DNA of 64,000 nt, taken from positions 1-64,000 of the forward strand of contig JACVGT010000014.1 of assembly GCA_018992685.1 (NCBI GenBank), written 5' to 3'. Below are positions 8,935 through 19,091 of the stretch, piece after piece. The notes beneath the pieces were generated by a model. That model searched no databases. It worked only from the letters and a program-made list of their open reading frames with translations, and had not been told where the DNA came from. This stretch comes from Theionarchaea archaeon (lineage in GTDB: Archaea; Methanobacteriota_B; Thermococci; Methanofastidiosales; SZ-28-30). Position 1 is the first letter of the stretch; each line of letters opens with the position of its first letter. Made by a program: the position numbers and the translations under genes.

Positions 8935-10007
8935 AGGTCGTCATGGTTGGGTTATACCCGCCCCACATTGGAGGGATTGCTTCCTATACCTACAATCTGA
9001 GGGAAGCATTGATCAGGCTGGGAGTGACAGTTTATGTAGTTACGTACGGGAAGGTGGACGAAAACGACACCCCGCAAGGGAGCAAAAAGGAGGAGACTGC
9101 AACCTCTGATCCAGAAGTGTTTGGTACTCTCGTGTCACGCAGGGTTAGAGGAGGTTCCTTTCTAGTCTCGGGAACGATTGAGACATGCAGGGTTATCAAA
9201 GAGAATAACATTGATATAATCCATGCCCATTATCTCGTCCCCCCGGGACTGGTGGGCGTTCTTGCAAAAAAAATGTGCAGAGTCCCTCTTGTGGTGACTT
9301 GTCACGGAAGTGATGTCTTTGTCTTCTCCAGGGGGTGGAAAACGCTCATTTCAAGAACTGTGGCTAAGAATGCTGATTCTGTTTCCTGCAACAGCCGGGC
9401 CACAGCCCGTGCATTGCTCAGAACAACGGGAGTCCAACCCACATACATTCCCTCGGGAGTGGATACAACAAAGTTTACTCCCCTTCACATGGAAAGGGAA
9501 GCTGTGACCTATGTGGGCGCTTTAACCCCAGTAAAGGGAGTTGATACCTTTTTAAGGGCAATGAAAGGGATCAATGAGAAAGTGTGGATTGTAGGAGATG
9601 GTCCTGAACGTCCGTATCTCGAATCTCTGGCCCACACATTGGGACTGGATTGCACTTTCTGGGGATTCAGAAGGGACACTCCTCAATTCATGAACAGATC
9701 TAAAATCCTGGTTTTGCCCTCACGACATGAAGGACTTGGACTGACTCTTCTGGAAGCCATGGCCTGTAAGACACCTGTCATCGGAAGAAATACTGGCGGA
9801 ATTCCAGAGCTCCTGACAGGAGAAAATGGCCTCTTATTTGATACAGAAGAAGAACTTCATGACAACATCAAGAGCCTTCTGGAAAATGACGGATTCAGGG
9901 AAAGAATTAGTACAGAAGGATTCAAGACAGCCTCGCAATGGAGTTGGGAGAACACAGCCAGAGAGTTTCTGGAAATGTATAACCGGGCTATTCCCTGTGT
10001 CTCATGA
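8931..10007 (+). CDS. Glycosyltransferase family 4
   Basis: YPPHIGG, IIHAH and EGLGLTLLEAM (E-x7-E) motifs. Confidence 0.92.
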   Translation: MKVVMVGLYPPHIGGIASYTYNLREALIRLGVTVYVVTYGKVDENDTPQGSKKEETATSDPEVFGTLVSRRVRGGSFLVSGTIETCRVIKENNIDIIHAHYLVPPGLVGVLAKKMCRVPLVVTCHGSDVFVFSRGWKTLISRTVAKNADSVSCNSRATARALLRTTGVQPTYIPSGVDTTKFTPLHMEREAVTYVGALTPVKGVDTFLRAMKGINEKVWIVGDGPERPYLESLAHTLGLDCTFWGFRRDTPQFMNRSKILVLPSRHEGLGLTLLEAMACKTPVIGRNTGGIPELLTGENGLLFDTEEELHDNIKSLLENDGFRERISTEGFKTASQWSWENTAREFLEMYNRAIPCVS

Positions 10008-10176
10008 GTGTTGTCACATATCCTGCGACCCTGTTCCTCAGCTTATCATTGGAGAACCGGACCACTGTCTCCAGAAAATTCCGATTTTCATAGTAATCAG
10101 TACCGAGCTGATCCTTGTATCTCTTGATGGATTCTCTGGCAATTCGTTTGATGAAATTTGATCGAATTCTACCCAA
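9988..10176 (-). CDS. rps17e: 30S ribosomal protein S17e
   Basis: MGRIR..FIKR...LRNRVAGYVT. Confidence 0.95.
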   Translation of the reverse strand: MGRIRSNFIKRIARESIKRYKDQLGTDYYENRNFLETVVRFSNDKLRNRVAGYVTTLMRHRE

Positions 10177-10261
10177 CTTCTCACCTCAGCATGTTTTCTT
10201 AAGAGGGCTTTATAAACGTTGGTATTTGTGCGAACTCTCTCTTGAGAACTCTCTGGAACGC

Positions 10262-10501
10262 TCACAGTGAAAGGCTATCCAATATGGTCATCAACCAGTT
10301 CATACAGGAGTTGAATGTTCCCCGTAGCGCTCGGATATCCCCGGAAGAAATGGTCACTGTCACCGTATTCTCATCTGCAGAAAGAGTAGTCTCAGTTTTC
10401 TGATGGGGTGCCGACGTAATTTCTGTCTCGATTGCCTCTCTAACAATAGCTGCCTGAGGGGTGCGAACGTCAATTGTTAGGTGCATGGCCTGCATATTCA
10501 A
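10262..10501 (-). CDS. pcc1: KEOPS complex subunit Pcc1
   Basis: DIRALRGTFNS...W motif; conserved operon position. Confidence 0.85.
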   Translation of the reverse strand: MNMQAMHLTIDVRTPQAAIVREAIETEITSAPHQKTETTLSADENTVTVTISSGDIRALRGTFNSCMNWLMTILDSLSL

Positions 10502-10988
10502 CCTCTCTCACAAGTATCCGAGGACCTACAGGTTCATCAGAAGTGTCGAGCCGGTAAAAGTCGAGAATATTCCGGTGATAGTGGAGACACACAGCCAGAT
10601 CCTCGTGGGACCTGCAGTCTATTTCCTTGAATTCTGCACCAAAGAGGCTGGCAATGTCCTTCCCTCCTGGATCTGACGACGTCAATAAGAAGGGAAGATC
10701 CTCCTGGATGGGCTTCACCCTGCCGATACCAAGTTCTTTCCGCAGGATTGTAGAACACTTCATTGATCCCAGAAGATTCCATTCCTCGTAGAATAGGAGT
10801 GTGCACATATCACCTACAGCATGCACAACCAAAATTCTGTCTGCCCCTTTCTCCACAGCCGACTGGATAAGTTCCCTCATCCCCTTCTTTCCTCTGACAA
10901 TATACCGAGACAGAGGTATAACGTCCTTCAGTTCCTTGCATACATTCCTGCTCCTGGTGGTGGGACGTCTTGATGTGGTAATAATCAT
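10470..10988 (-). CDS. Brix/Imp4-domain ribosome biogenesis protein
   Basis: MIITTSRRPT..RS...RGKK; position after rpoP. Confidence 0.85.
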   Translation of the reverse strand: MIITTSRRPTTRSRNVCKELKDVIPLSRYIVRGKKGMRELIQSAVEKGADRILVVHAVGDMCTLLFYEEWNLLGSMKCSTILRKELGIGRVKPIQEDLPFLLTSSDPGGKDIASLFGAEFKEIDCRSHEDLAVCLHYHRNILDFYRLDTSDEPVGPRILVREVEYAGHAPNN

Positions 10989-11125
10989 CGAGCTTCCACT
11001 TTCTTTGACCAGTCAGGTCGGGCTTTCCTGAACACTTTTCCGTTACAATAGGGGCACTTTACACCATGGGGCATCTCGATTTCTTCTCTGGACATGAGCT
11101 TCCCACAGGTAACGCAGATATACAT
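10985..11125 (-). CDS. rpoP: RNA polymerase subunit P (Rpo12), not in ORF track
   Basis: MYICVTCGK...VKCPYCNGKVFRKARP zinc ribbon, 46 aa, ATGA overlap with the Brix gene. Confidence 0.92.
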   Translation of the reverse strand: MYICVTCGKLMSREEIEMPHGVKCPYCNGKVFRKARPDWSKKVEAR

Positions 11126-11368
11126 CTATGCACCCTCGCTGAGCCTTTTTATAGTTCGTTTGACAATCTTGCCCGTTGGTGTCTCAGGGAGGTAGGCGCC
11201 TCCCGTGAACGTCGTTCCACACTTTGAACATTCCCAGATGCTGGTGGAGGTACGTCTGACAGCATTTCTCCCACATTGGGGACATTTATGCTTCTTCTTC
11301 ATTTTTTTTTCTATTTCCTCCACTCTCTTTCTCAGCTTCCGCCCGTATCTTGCTCCAAACCTGCTCAT
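11126..11368 (-). CDS. rpl37ae: 50S ribosomal protein L37Ae (eL43)
   Basis: RFGARYG...CPQC...IWECSKC..FTGGAY. Confidence 0.97.
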   Translation of the reverse strand: MSRFGARYGRKLRKRVEEIEKKMKKKHKCPQCGRNAVRRTSTSIWECSKCGTTFTGGAYLPETPTGKIVKRTIKRLSEGA

Positions 11369-12156
11369 TTGATCGCCTCTCTAATCGCTGCCCTGATTTC
11401 CTCGCCTTTGACAGTGGCTATTCTCACAGCGTGCTTGATCTCGTCCAGACTGAATCCACCGATGTTACTCTTCTGCATGGCACAGACATGGTGCTCCTGA
11501 TCAGTTGCCACAGTAATGCGGGAGTCGAGAGCTCTCTCTTCATCCAGAGAAGGGTCCACCAGCAAGGAATTTCCCAGTTTGACGAAGGTACAGGGTACGG
11601 CCAGATCACGTACTGGTAGGGGCAGCTTCTCTTCTGTGGGTTTATCGTTCTCATCCAGGACAGGCATCTGACTGGTGGCTAGAGCTGTCATGGCTGCAAC
11701 TCCGCAGGCATCAATCAGGTTACCATCGTAATCCATGACGTGCAGGTCCACGAACACCAATCTCACCAGCTCATTCTCTCTGACACAGAGAGCTTTGGTG
11801 TCCAGTGCCTTGGACTCCCTGATACCTCGGTCTACCACTCGGGCCACTTCTACTGCCTCCTCACCTGGAGGGCCTGCCTCAAAATCAGGTGCTGCCATGG
11901 GGATCAGTTCAGCCCCTGTGATCATCACTCCATCATCTGGAGTATCTGGATAGGGTTCACCTGCATCCACCTTCACTCCTGCGAATACCATGGTACCTCC
12001 CAGGGACACAAGAGCGGACCCTTCAGCCTTGTCCACGACATTGGCCCGAATGTCCAGGGAACGATATTCATCGAGGGCACGCCCGTCTTCCCGTTTTCCT
12101 TCGTTAGCCAGACTTATCAGGTATTCCTTCCTGATTAGCGGTAGAATCTCACTCAT
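11365..12156 (-). CDS. rrp42: Exosome subunit Rrp42
   Basis: [20 protein letters not shown] and DYDGNL motifs. Confidence 0.96.
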   Translation of the reverse strand: MSEILPLIRKEYLISLANEGKREDGRALDEYRSLDIRANVVDKAEGSALVSLGGTMVFAGVKVDAGEPYPDTPDDGVMITGAELIPMAAPDFEAGPPGEEAVEVARVVDRGIRESKALDTKALCVRENELVRLVFVDLHVMDYDGNLIDACGVAAMTALATSQMPVLDENDKPTEEKLPLPVRDLAVPCTFVKLGNSLLVDPSLDEERALDSRITVATDQEHHVCAMQKSNIGGFSLDEIKHAVRIATVKGEEIRAAIREAIK

Positions 12157-12841
12157 ATTCAGCACCTGCATATTTTTTTCGCAATGCATCAATCTGCATT
12201 TGATATACCTGCTGACATCCCTGCATGGCTAAAGCAACTGCCTGTTCCACTTCCTGCTCAGCAAGCTTTCCATCCATTTGCAGCAGTGTAATCTGGTTAA
12301 GTCGGGGAATTATGGCTACTGGCATATCTGCCTCTCCCAAGTTATCTTCTTCCTTGGCCAGATCCAGAATTATCTGACCATCAACCTTCCCCGCAGCACA
12401 GGCAGGAACCAGGTCGCGCATGGGGATTCCCGCATCTGCCAATGCTACAGAAACAGCTGTTATTCCAGCACATCGAGTTCCTGCATTGGCCTGCACAACC
12501 TCAACAGAGATCTCAATCATTGATTTTGGATAGTAATGCACGAGAATAGCGGGTTCCAAGGCACCCTGCATAACTTTTCCTATTTCAACTGCTCTGCGAT
12601 CAGGACCAGGCCTCTTCCTCTCTTCAACAGAAAAAGGGGCCATATTATATCTGCAGCGCAAAATGGCCCGATCGTCTTTTTCCAGGTGTCTTGGCAGAAC
12701 CTTTTTTGGGCCGTATACTGCCGCATATATCTTGTTCCTACCCCATTCAATGTAGCAAGATCCATCTGCTCGTTTCAGCACTCCTGCCTCTATCTTTATT
12801 GGACGCAGTTCATCAAAGCGTCTTCCATCAACACGTTCCAT
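12149..12841 (-). CDS. rrp41: Exosome exonuclease Rrp41
   Basis: [24 protein letters not shown] and AGTR motifs. Confidence 0.97.
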   Translation of the reverse strand: MERVDGRRFDELRPIKIEAGVLKRADGSCYIEWGRNKIYAAVYGPKKVLPRHLEKDDRAILRCRYNMAPFSVEERKRPGPDRRAVEIGKVMQGALEPAILVHYYPKSMIEISVEVVQANAGTRCAGITAVSVALADAGIPMRDLVPACAAGKVDGQIILDLAKEEDNLGEADMPVAIIPRLNQITLLQMDGKLAEQEVEQAVALAMQGCQQVYQMQIDALRKKYAGAEYE

Positions 12842-12845
12842 TTAA

Positions 12846-13490
12846 TCACCTACTCAGAAATCCACTGACCCTGTCTGTCAATCCGGGAATATGTGCTTCT
12901 CTGTCTACCATTTGACAGGCTTGTGCTGCTAGCCCTTCGTTTCCTCCTCTGATCCAGACCAGACCGTTCTGGCCCACCGATATGATACTCCCCGTCTTCT
13001 CCTTTATCAGCTTTATCATGCTGCCTCTTCTTCCAATCAGTCGGGGGACTCTGGAGGAATGAATTTCCACAAGTATACCCTCATTCAATCTCCCATGGGG
13101 TCTCTTGGCATAAAGAGAAATTTCGAAAGTCTCAGTGACTCTTACGATCTTGGCAGAGACCAGGTCCCCTACCCTGAGCGTATCGAACCTGCCAACGTGA
13201 ATATCTCTCTGGCTCAGACTCGCAAAATATGGTGAATTAATATCCACAGTCCATCCACTGAGTCTCTCTCCAGTGACAACCCCAATAATGGTGTCTCCTG
13301 ATTTTGGTATGTATTTTCCTTCAAGAGCGACCACACGGATCTTCCGGTGGTCAACATAACAGATACCCACAACACTTGCATAAATCTGTCCTTTGTCTTT
13401 ATGGGTTCCATCTTCATTGATGTAGTCGCCCTCTGCCAGCAACATGCCCGGTACTACCAGATCTTTATTGTTCGCATATATCATGGACAA
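12846..13490 (-). CDS. rrp4: Exosome RNA-binding protein Rrp4
   Basis: VVPG..LA, S1 and KH domains (VPRLIGRRGSMI, GQNG). Confidence 0.95.
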   Translation of the reverse strand: MSMIYANNKDLVVPGMLLAEGDYINEDGTHKDKGQIYASVVGICYVDHRKIRVVALEGKYIPKSGDTIIGVVTGERLSGWTVDINSPYFASLSQRDIHVGRFDTLRVGDLVSAKIVRVTETFEISLYAKRPHGRLNEGILVEIHSSRVPRLIGRRGSMIKLIKEKTGSIISVGQNGLVWIRGGNEGLAAQACQMVDREAHIPGLTDRVSGFLSR

Positions 13491-13493
13491 CCC

Positions 13494-14168
13494 TCATAAC
13501 AACTTGGTTTCAGCTTCTCCTTTTGTTATAGCATTGATTCTTTCATAGAACTCCTCTTCCATGCCTCCTGGGATTTCCAGGACAGCAATGTATGATCCAT
13601 CCTTCTGCCACTCCTCTCTCATTACCTTGCCGAATTCCTTCACCTGGTAGTACTTCCCTGTGTGGGCAGCAGGTATCTTAACAGCTACCCTCTTTGTTTC
13701 CACGCGAAGAGGCAGGAGCGGTCGCAGTTCCTTGATAATCCCTGTTACTTGTTCTTCTGCACTGCTCATGAGATCAATGTGTATTCGCGCCTGCTCCATG
13801 GCATTTTCAATGCGGTGAGGAGGGTGAGGAGATCTTGTTCGAGGATCTACGGCATTCCTTGCAATCAGCTGCACGATTTTCCTTCGCTTTTCTTCCAGCA
13901 TGGCTTTTCTCTGTTCTGTGGTCAGTTGAATTTCGCCTTTCTTGATTATTGTCCTGGCAATCTCCAGAACATTGGTAGTATTGAACACTTTGGTGAGACT
14001 TTCATGAGAAGCTCTGTCTCCCGTGCCTGCGTCTGAGAATACAAATTCAGCCGCTAGAGCCTCCTCTAGAGGGATGTCCTCGTTTACAATACGGGGATCC
14101 ACCAGAATCTCGAATTTTTCACCATGTGACTTCAACCGTGCTATCACTGCTTCATCCACAGAAACCAT
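13494..14168 (-). CDS. sbdS: Ribosome assembly factor SBDS
   Basis: GEKFEILVDP, GEIQLTTEQR and PHPP.RIE motifs. Confidence 0.96.
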   Translation of the reverse strand: MVSVDEAVIARLKSHGEKFEILVDPRIVNEDIPLEEALAAEFVFSDAGTGDRASHESLTKVFNTTNVLEIARTIIKKGEIQLTTEQRKAMLEEKRRKIVQLIARNAVDPRTRSPHPPHRIENAMEQARIHIDLMSSAEEQVTGIIKELRPLLPLRVETKRVAVKIPAAHTGKYYQVKEFGKVMREEWQKDGSYIAVLEIPGGMEEEFYERINAITKGEAETKLL

Positions 14169-14176
14169 ACTCACAC

Positions 14177-14488
14177 CTACTGTTTCAAACATCTTATTGT
14201 TCCTGACACACCTTTGATTCGAAGACGCGCTTCTTTTCTGTCAATGTCTTGTATTAGTGAAAGACACATAATAACTTCATCTACACTGCGGGTATTGCAG
14301 GAGACAATCCCTTGATTATTCTCATACTCGTGTACCCACAGAGATGTCTTTGACGCACCACATTCTCCTAGGAATTCAAGACAGGAATTCCATATACCTG
14401 TAACAATTTCTCCCCTTTTAAAGCTTTCCTCAGAGGTCAGTTCAAACAGAATGTAGCGTCTCTTCTCCCGCAACGTCTTTTTTACCAT
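14177..14488 (-). CDS. rnp2: RNase P protein component 2 (Pop5)
   Basis: LREKRRYI...GVSGTI. Confidence 0.92.
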   Translation of the reverse strand: MVKKTLREKRRYILFELTSEESFKRGEIVTGIWNSCLEFLGECGASKTSLWVHEYENNQGIVSCNTRSVDEVIMCLSLIQDIDRKEARLRIKGVSGTIRCLKQ

Positions 14489-15048
14489 TCAAATCCCTCA
14501 AGTACCTTCTTTGGGATATTCCAGATGGATGCCTTAGCTTCGTCGAATTCCATTCCCAGAATGCGGCCAAAAGCAACGAGGGTCCTGGGTGCAACTACCT
14601 CTCTTTCACAGGAAGCGCCACTAGTGAGGATGAGAGGGGCATGATACTTCTTGGCCAGGGAAACCGTGGTGGAAAGTCGCTTCAGTACTTTGGCTCGGAA
14701 ATACCCTGTATTAAAGAGAACATCAGCAAAACACAATTCCACAGCAATGTGATTCTCTGCTGCCAGCCGTGCCTGAAAAGAATCAAAAGGATAGGGATGG
14801 GACAAGACATCAACTTTCTGTGTTTTCAGAAAGGTGCGATTCTTGTGTGTTGTTCCTCCACTGGCAAATACCAGTATACTGCCGGAGATTCCTTTCAACT
14901 GCGATACAGTTTCCACCTCAACTCCCTGCATTGCCTCTGAACGTTGAGAGTCTCCCATGAAGTCCTCTGCAGGCACCACCTGGCACACCTTCTGGTACCA
15001 TGGTGAGGGGTAACCCCTTAAATCAATGGCCAAATATGTCCTCGGCAT
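14482..15048 (-). CDS. rnp3: RNase P protein component 3 (Rpp30)
   Basis: DVLSHP, ARLAAE..IAVE and LTSGA motifs; operon position; start uncertain. Confidence 0.88.
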   Translation of the reverse strand: MPRTYLAIDLRGYPSPWYQKVCQVVPAEDFMGDSQRSEAMQGVEVETVSQLKGISGSILVFASGGTTHKNRTFLKTQKVDVLSHPYPFDSFQARLAAENHIAVELCFADVLFNTGYFRAKVLKRLSTTVSLAKKYHAPLILTSGASCEREVVAPRTLVAFGRILGMEFDEAKASIWNIPKKVLEGFEW

Positions 15049-15433
15049 ATTGGATCGCATCCTCCAGTCTGAAAGGGTAGCTCTGTATGCGGATTGTTAT
15101 TTTAACATCTCCCCTGTCCTCCACCACCAGGTTCCTGCGGGCAAGCTCCTGCTTGTCCACTCTGATGTACAGGTTCCCCTTTCTGTCAATTCGCCTCCGC
15201 ATGTTTTTCTCCAGTTGTGGAGCGAGTTCCTTCTTTATCAAGGATAGTAGATCCCTTATTTCCCTTTTCCTGTTGATTTGAGCTTCAAAAATGTAGATGG
15301 GATTCCCAAAGTGACCGGTTGCTTCCCGTCTCCTAAAGTGGGGATAGAGTACATGCAGAGCTTCCAGCACTTTGTCCTCGCTCTCTGTGGCATGACACAG
15401 GGCCTGCAGTGTAATGTGGTCGATTTCTATCAT
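15023..15433 (-). CDS. Exosome-operon predicted RNA-binding protein (COG1325-like)
   Basis: [16 protein letters not shown] and LYIRVDKQ motifs. Confidence 0.88.
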   Translation of the reverse strand: MIEIDHITLQALCHATESEDKVLEALHVLYPHFRRREATGHFGNPIYIFEAQINRKREIRDLLSLIKKELAPQLEKNMRRRIDRKGNLYIRVDKQELARRNLVVEDRGDVKITIRIQSYPFRLEDAIQYAEDIFGH

Positions 15434-15990
15434 CGCAGTTTGTGAGGTCTGTTCCGCTCAGAACCCTTTCCTTTGGTACGAAGTCCGCGGCTCTTCTTGG
15501 CAGCACTCGTCTTTCCTCTCAGAGCCCTGTCTGTCTGATTCTGTAACCAGGAGAGTTCAGCATCATTCTGTATAGCAGGGTGATTTGGATCAACAAGAAT
15601 GACCTCGAAGTACTTGTGCCTTCCGTCCTGACCTACCCAGTACGAGTTCAGAACTTCCATGTTGGGGTATTTCTTGGCCACCCGCTCCTCAGCCATCCAC
15701 CTGATACTCTTACGCATGGTGATTTTTCGCACACCCATGCCGGTGGGTTTTCGATGTGAGTTCGGTCTTGATTTTCTCCTCCCACCCCGGCGCACCCTTG
15801 CCCTCACCACGATGAATCCGGGCTTGGCTTTGTATCCTAGTGTACGTGCTCGGTCAGGTCTGGTTGGTCTTTCTATTCGGGTAATGACATTCTCTCGTCT
15901 CCATTCCGGCATTCGCTGCCACATCAAACTCTTTACGTATGATTTCTCAGGAGATTTCCATGCTTCTCTCACATATTTGTAGTATCCCAT
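15430..15990 (-). CDS. rpl15e: 50S ribosomal protein L15e
   Basis: [15 protein letters not shown] and [21 protein letters not shown] motifs; GGAGGT RBS before ATG 15990. Confidence 0.98.
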   Translation of the reverse strand: MGYYKYVREAWKSPEKSYVKSLMWQRMPEWRRENVITRIERPTRPDRARTLGYKAKPGFIVVRARVRRGGRRKSRPNSHRKPTGMGVRKITMRKSIRWMAEERVAKKYPNMEVLNSYWVGQDGRHKYFEVILVDPNHPAIQNDAELSWLQNQTDRALRGKTSAAKKSRGLRTKGKGSERNRPHKLR

Positions 15991-15995
15991 GTTAA

Positions 15996-16038
15996 TACCT
16001 CCATTACGTTCAGCTGTAAAGCCACATCCTTGGAAGTA
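15996..16038 (-). promoter_or_regulatory. Candidate eL15 autoregulatory leader RNA
   Basis: UACUUCCA pairs with UGGAGGUA (covering the RBS) and encloses GGAUGUGG...CUGAAC; TTTATA box upstream. Confidence 0.6.
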
Positions 16039-16378
16039 GTGTAGAATACTCATGAGCTTTATAAACATTTACCTTCTCCATGCCCGTTGGCACTGCTGTT
16101 CTCCTGAGATGACCAGGAGGAGAGATGTACCGCCAATTACCATGGAAGTACACATGGGTATAGAACCTGATTCGCTGATTTTGGGAAATGTATCCATTGA
16201 TTTATAGGTGTACAGTACTTTGTCAAGTGAATTGCCACAAACTGTATGAGGACGAGTTTTCTGAAATGAGGAGACGTAGTCAGAATGCACCAACCAAAAG
16301 GACGAGTTGGACAGAACCCCAGGAAGGAAGAGAGTATGTACGTGAAACCTATTTATAGGTACTCGCCAGGATGGTGTT

Positions 16379-17047
16379 GTGAAATGTATACTCTTTGACG
16401 CGGACGGGACTCTTTTCGACACCGCAGAAGCGATAAGGAAAGCGGTCAGAGAAACAAAAAGAGAATTCGATTTGGAAATTGATGTGGATCATGTTATCAA
16501 CGATACTCTCAATATGCTCGGGGGGAGAAAAAGCAGGCTCAATTTCCTGATTATTGCATTTCATTATGGATTCCTGAGCTGGAGAAATCCCTTGAGGATT
16601 TTGAGAATCAAGGAATTCTTTGAAAAGCGTTTTGCCCAGTACACTGAAGAAAGCGTATTGGTGCCGGGAGTCAGAGAAGCCCTTGAAACGCTTCAAAGGT
16701 TCAGACTTGCCGTGGTGACAGCCAGAGGGCGACAATGGACAGAAGAATCTCTCGAGAAAGAAGGCATATCCAGGTATTTTGAGGTGGTGGTTACCACAGA
16801 TGAAGTTACCAGGGAGAAGCCTGATCCAGCTTCCATCAACCGGGCAGTTGACCTTCTGGGAGCTAATGCCCGGGAGTGTCTGTATGTAGGAGATTTGCCT
16901 TCGGACATCAGAGCTGGGAAAAGGGCAGGAGTCAACACGGCTGGCGTTTTGTGTGGATTATCCAGCAGGAGCAGGTTAGAAGCTGAAAATCCCGATTATA
17001 TTTTTCTGGATGTGACAGATCTGGCATCACAGATTCACCGGCTTTGA
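16379..17047 (+). CDS. HAD-superfamily phosphatase
   Basis: FDADGTL, KPDP and YVGD..SD motifs. Confidence 0.92.
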   Translation: MKCILFDADGTLFDTAEAIRKAVRETKREFDLEIDVDHVINDTLNMLGGRKSRLNFLIIAFHYGFLSWRNPLRILRIKEFFEKRFAQYTEESVLVPGVREALETLQRFRLAVVTARGRQWTEESLEKEGISRYFEVVVTTDEVTREKPDPASINRAVDLLGANARECLYVGDLPSDIRAGKRAGVNTAGVLCGLSSRSRLEAENPDYIFLDVTDLASQIHRL

Positions 17048-17117
17048 ATGAAATGCACGCCAGAGCCTGAAGCCAAAACATATAAAAGGTCACTCCAGAA
17101 TGGGATGTGGTGATTAC

Positions 17118-17387
17118 ATGGTCAGCTGGGGTCGCGCGTTCAAAGGCGCGGCCGGAATCGTAGGATTTTCAATCATATGGTGGATTGTTGGAGGAATCCT
17201 GGTAGGTCTTGGCATGTTCGTAGCAGGGATTGGATTCTCTTTCTCGTATACAGGAACATCCTTTCTAGGGATGATCCTCGGCGCAGTATTGATGTTCGTT
17301 GGCTCTGTTATCGGAATGCTTGGAACAGTCGCTTCCTTCCTCAAGGTTCTTCCAGAAATGATAGTTGAGGAAATCAAGAAAGCGTAG
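17118..17387 (+). CDS. Small 2-TM membrane protein
   Basis: GGTGA RBS; two Gly-rich hydrophobic helices; T-tract after the stop. Confidence 0.75.
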   Translation: MVSWGRAFKGAAGIVGFSIIWWIVGGILVGLGMFVAGIGFSFSYTGTSFLGMILGAVLMFVGSVIGMLGTVASFLKVLPEMIVEEIKKA

Positions 17388-17462
17388 ACTTTTTTTCTTT
17401 TTCTTTTGACCCTTGGATTACGTTTCGTAGCTGTAATGCGGTCCCCGAGGGGGGGGCCAGTA

Positions 17463-18923
17463 TCAGATTTTCCCTTGAGTCTTCAATCCCTGTACTGAAT
17501 GTTTGATTTTTTCCTCTTCAGTACCAGGACAGTAGAACCTTGCGGGCACATACAGGGGGTTCCTCTTTGCGATTTCTGAGTTCTCCTCGAACATTTCGGT
17601 TAGAACCTTTCCCCTCATGGTGTCAGGTACTGGTAGCCTCAGTACATGAAGTAATGTGGGACTGATATCATAGATGCTGCAATCAAGCCTTGAACCTTTC
17701 TTAATATTCTTACCGTGTGCAAGGAATATTGCCCTCAAGTCATGAACCCACCGAGACTCATATGAGACCTCTTTCAAGGACGGCTTCACAGAAATGGGAA
17801 AGCGTGATTCTAAAATGGCAGAAGGTCCGTATTCTGCACAGTCTACCTCCCGGATGCTCAGTATATTTTCATTTCTTCTCAATGCTTCAATAATCTCTTC
17901 TTTCCTGTTCTTATCCACAATATAGAGAGGGCAGAAATGTGTTGGAGCAGCTGAGAATGCAAAGGCAGCATTCTCTCCCATGTTCAGCCTTTCCTGCACA
18001 AAAATACTTTTTCCTCTAAAGTAGATACTCAAGAATTTCTCGAAAATAGAATTTGTCTTATGAACCCCCACAATACTGTCAAGAACAAGCTTCAGGCAGG
18101 CAAGAATACAAAGCGTTAAGGCGGGTCTAGAATAGTCCAGTTTTTCTAGATATCTGTTCACATAGAAAATCCTGTCTGCTTTCCTGATTCCATGGTCGCT
18201 CACCAGGAAGAGATAATCATATTCAATCGAATCTATTACCGTTCTCAACATGGTATCCATCAATTCGTGGCACTTTTCCATTTCCTCTTCTTGTATTGAC
18301 CGATGAGAAACATGATCTGGTATTCCAAATCGAACAAAAATAACATCGTAGGAATAATTGCGAGAAAAGGAGGTCAAAATCTTTAGAATTGCGTTTTCTT
18401 CCTTCCTTATGGCTTCTAGGGCAATTTCCTCTTTTTCCTTAAGCAATTTCTGGTTTTCCTTGATCCCGGTGAGATCATGTTCTGTTTCCAGTATTTCTTC
18501 TAGGTCCTCGGGATAGGTACAGTTCTCCATGGGAGTATAATCCAGACCAATGAGATGCCCTTCAATCGGATAGGGTGGAAAGATCCCCGGTATATTAAGG
18601 ATGAGACTCTTAGAGTTTTCTTTTGACAGAAAATCCCAGATAAGTTTTCCTTTTGAATCATTTGAGTTGAAGATACGTGATTCAACAGTCTTACCCTTAA
18701 GCACAATCTTGTTCAGGTCAAACATGCACATTTGTTCTGGATGTAGCCCAGAGAACAAGGAAATCCATGCAGGTATGGTCATGGGAGGCACTGTGCTCTC
18801 CATGTATCCCCAGGTGCTTTTCTCCATGAGGTTCTCAAAGGTGGGGAGTGCATGCTTTGCCACGAGAGGGGTGATAATATCCCAGGTTGCTCCGTCAAAT
18901 CCCACTACCAGGATTCTTGTCAT
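17463..18923 (-). CDS. Alkaline phosphatase superfamily (type I phosphodiesterase/nucleotide pyrophosphatase-like)
   Basis: VVGFDGATW, STVPPMTIPAW, VSDHG and DISPTLL motifs. Confidence 0.88.
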   Translation of the reverse strand: MTRILVVGFDGATWDIITPLVAKHALPTFENLMEKSTWGYMESTVPPMTIPAWISLFSGLHPEQMCMFDLNKIVLKGKTVESRIFNSNDSKGKLIWDFLSKENSKSLILNIPGIFPPYPIEGHLIGLDYTPMENCTYPEDLEEILETEHDLTGIKENQKLLKEKEEIALEAIRKEENAILKILTSFSRNYSYDVIFVRFGIPDHVSHRSIQEEEMEKCHELMDTMLRTVIDSIEYDYLFLVSDHGIRKADRIFYVNRYLEKLDYSRPALTLCILACLKLVLDSIVGVHKTNSIFEKFLSIYFRGKSIFVQERLNMGENAAFAFSAAPTHFCPLYIVDKNRKEEIIEALRRNENILSIREVDCAEYGPSAILESRFPISVKPSLKEVSYESRWVHDLRAIFLAHGKNIKKGSRLDCSIYDISPTLLHVLRLPVPDTMRGKVLTEMFEENSEIAKRNPLYVPARFYCPGTEEEKIKHSVQGLKTQGKI

Positions 18924-19091
18924 GAGTAGCCAGAATCGGAATAGACTTAAAAACCTTTTTATTCTGACATCTTCATAGAAATTCGCAAAATATGTATCTG
19001 TGTCTGGATATACATGAGTCATCTGTGGACAATTCCCGGCCCCGGGGTACACGTAAAAAAGACTTTTAAGCTTAAGGTCCTATTCAACGTG

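Noticed and set aside
17400-17462. GC-rich stretch as a tRNA or ncRNA
   Set aside because: No cloverleaf; only a short hairpin between convergent genes
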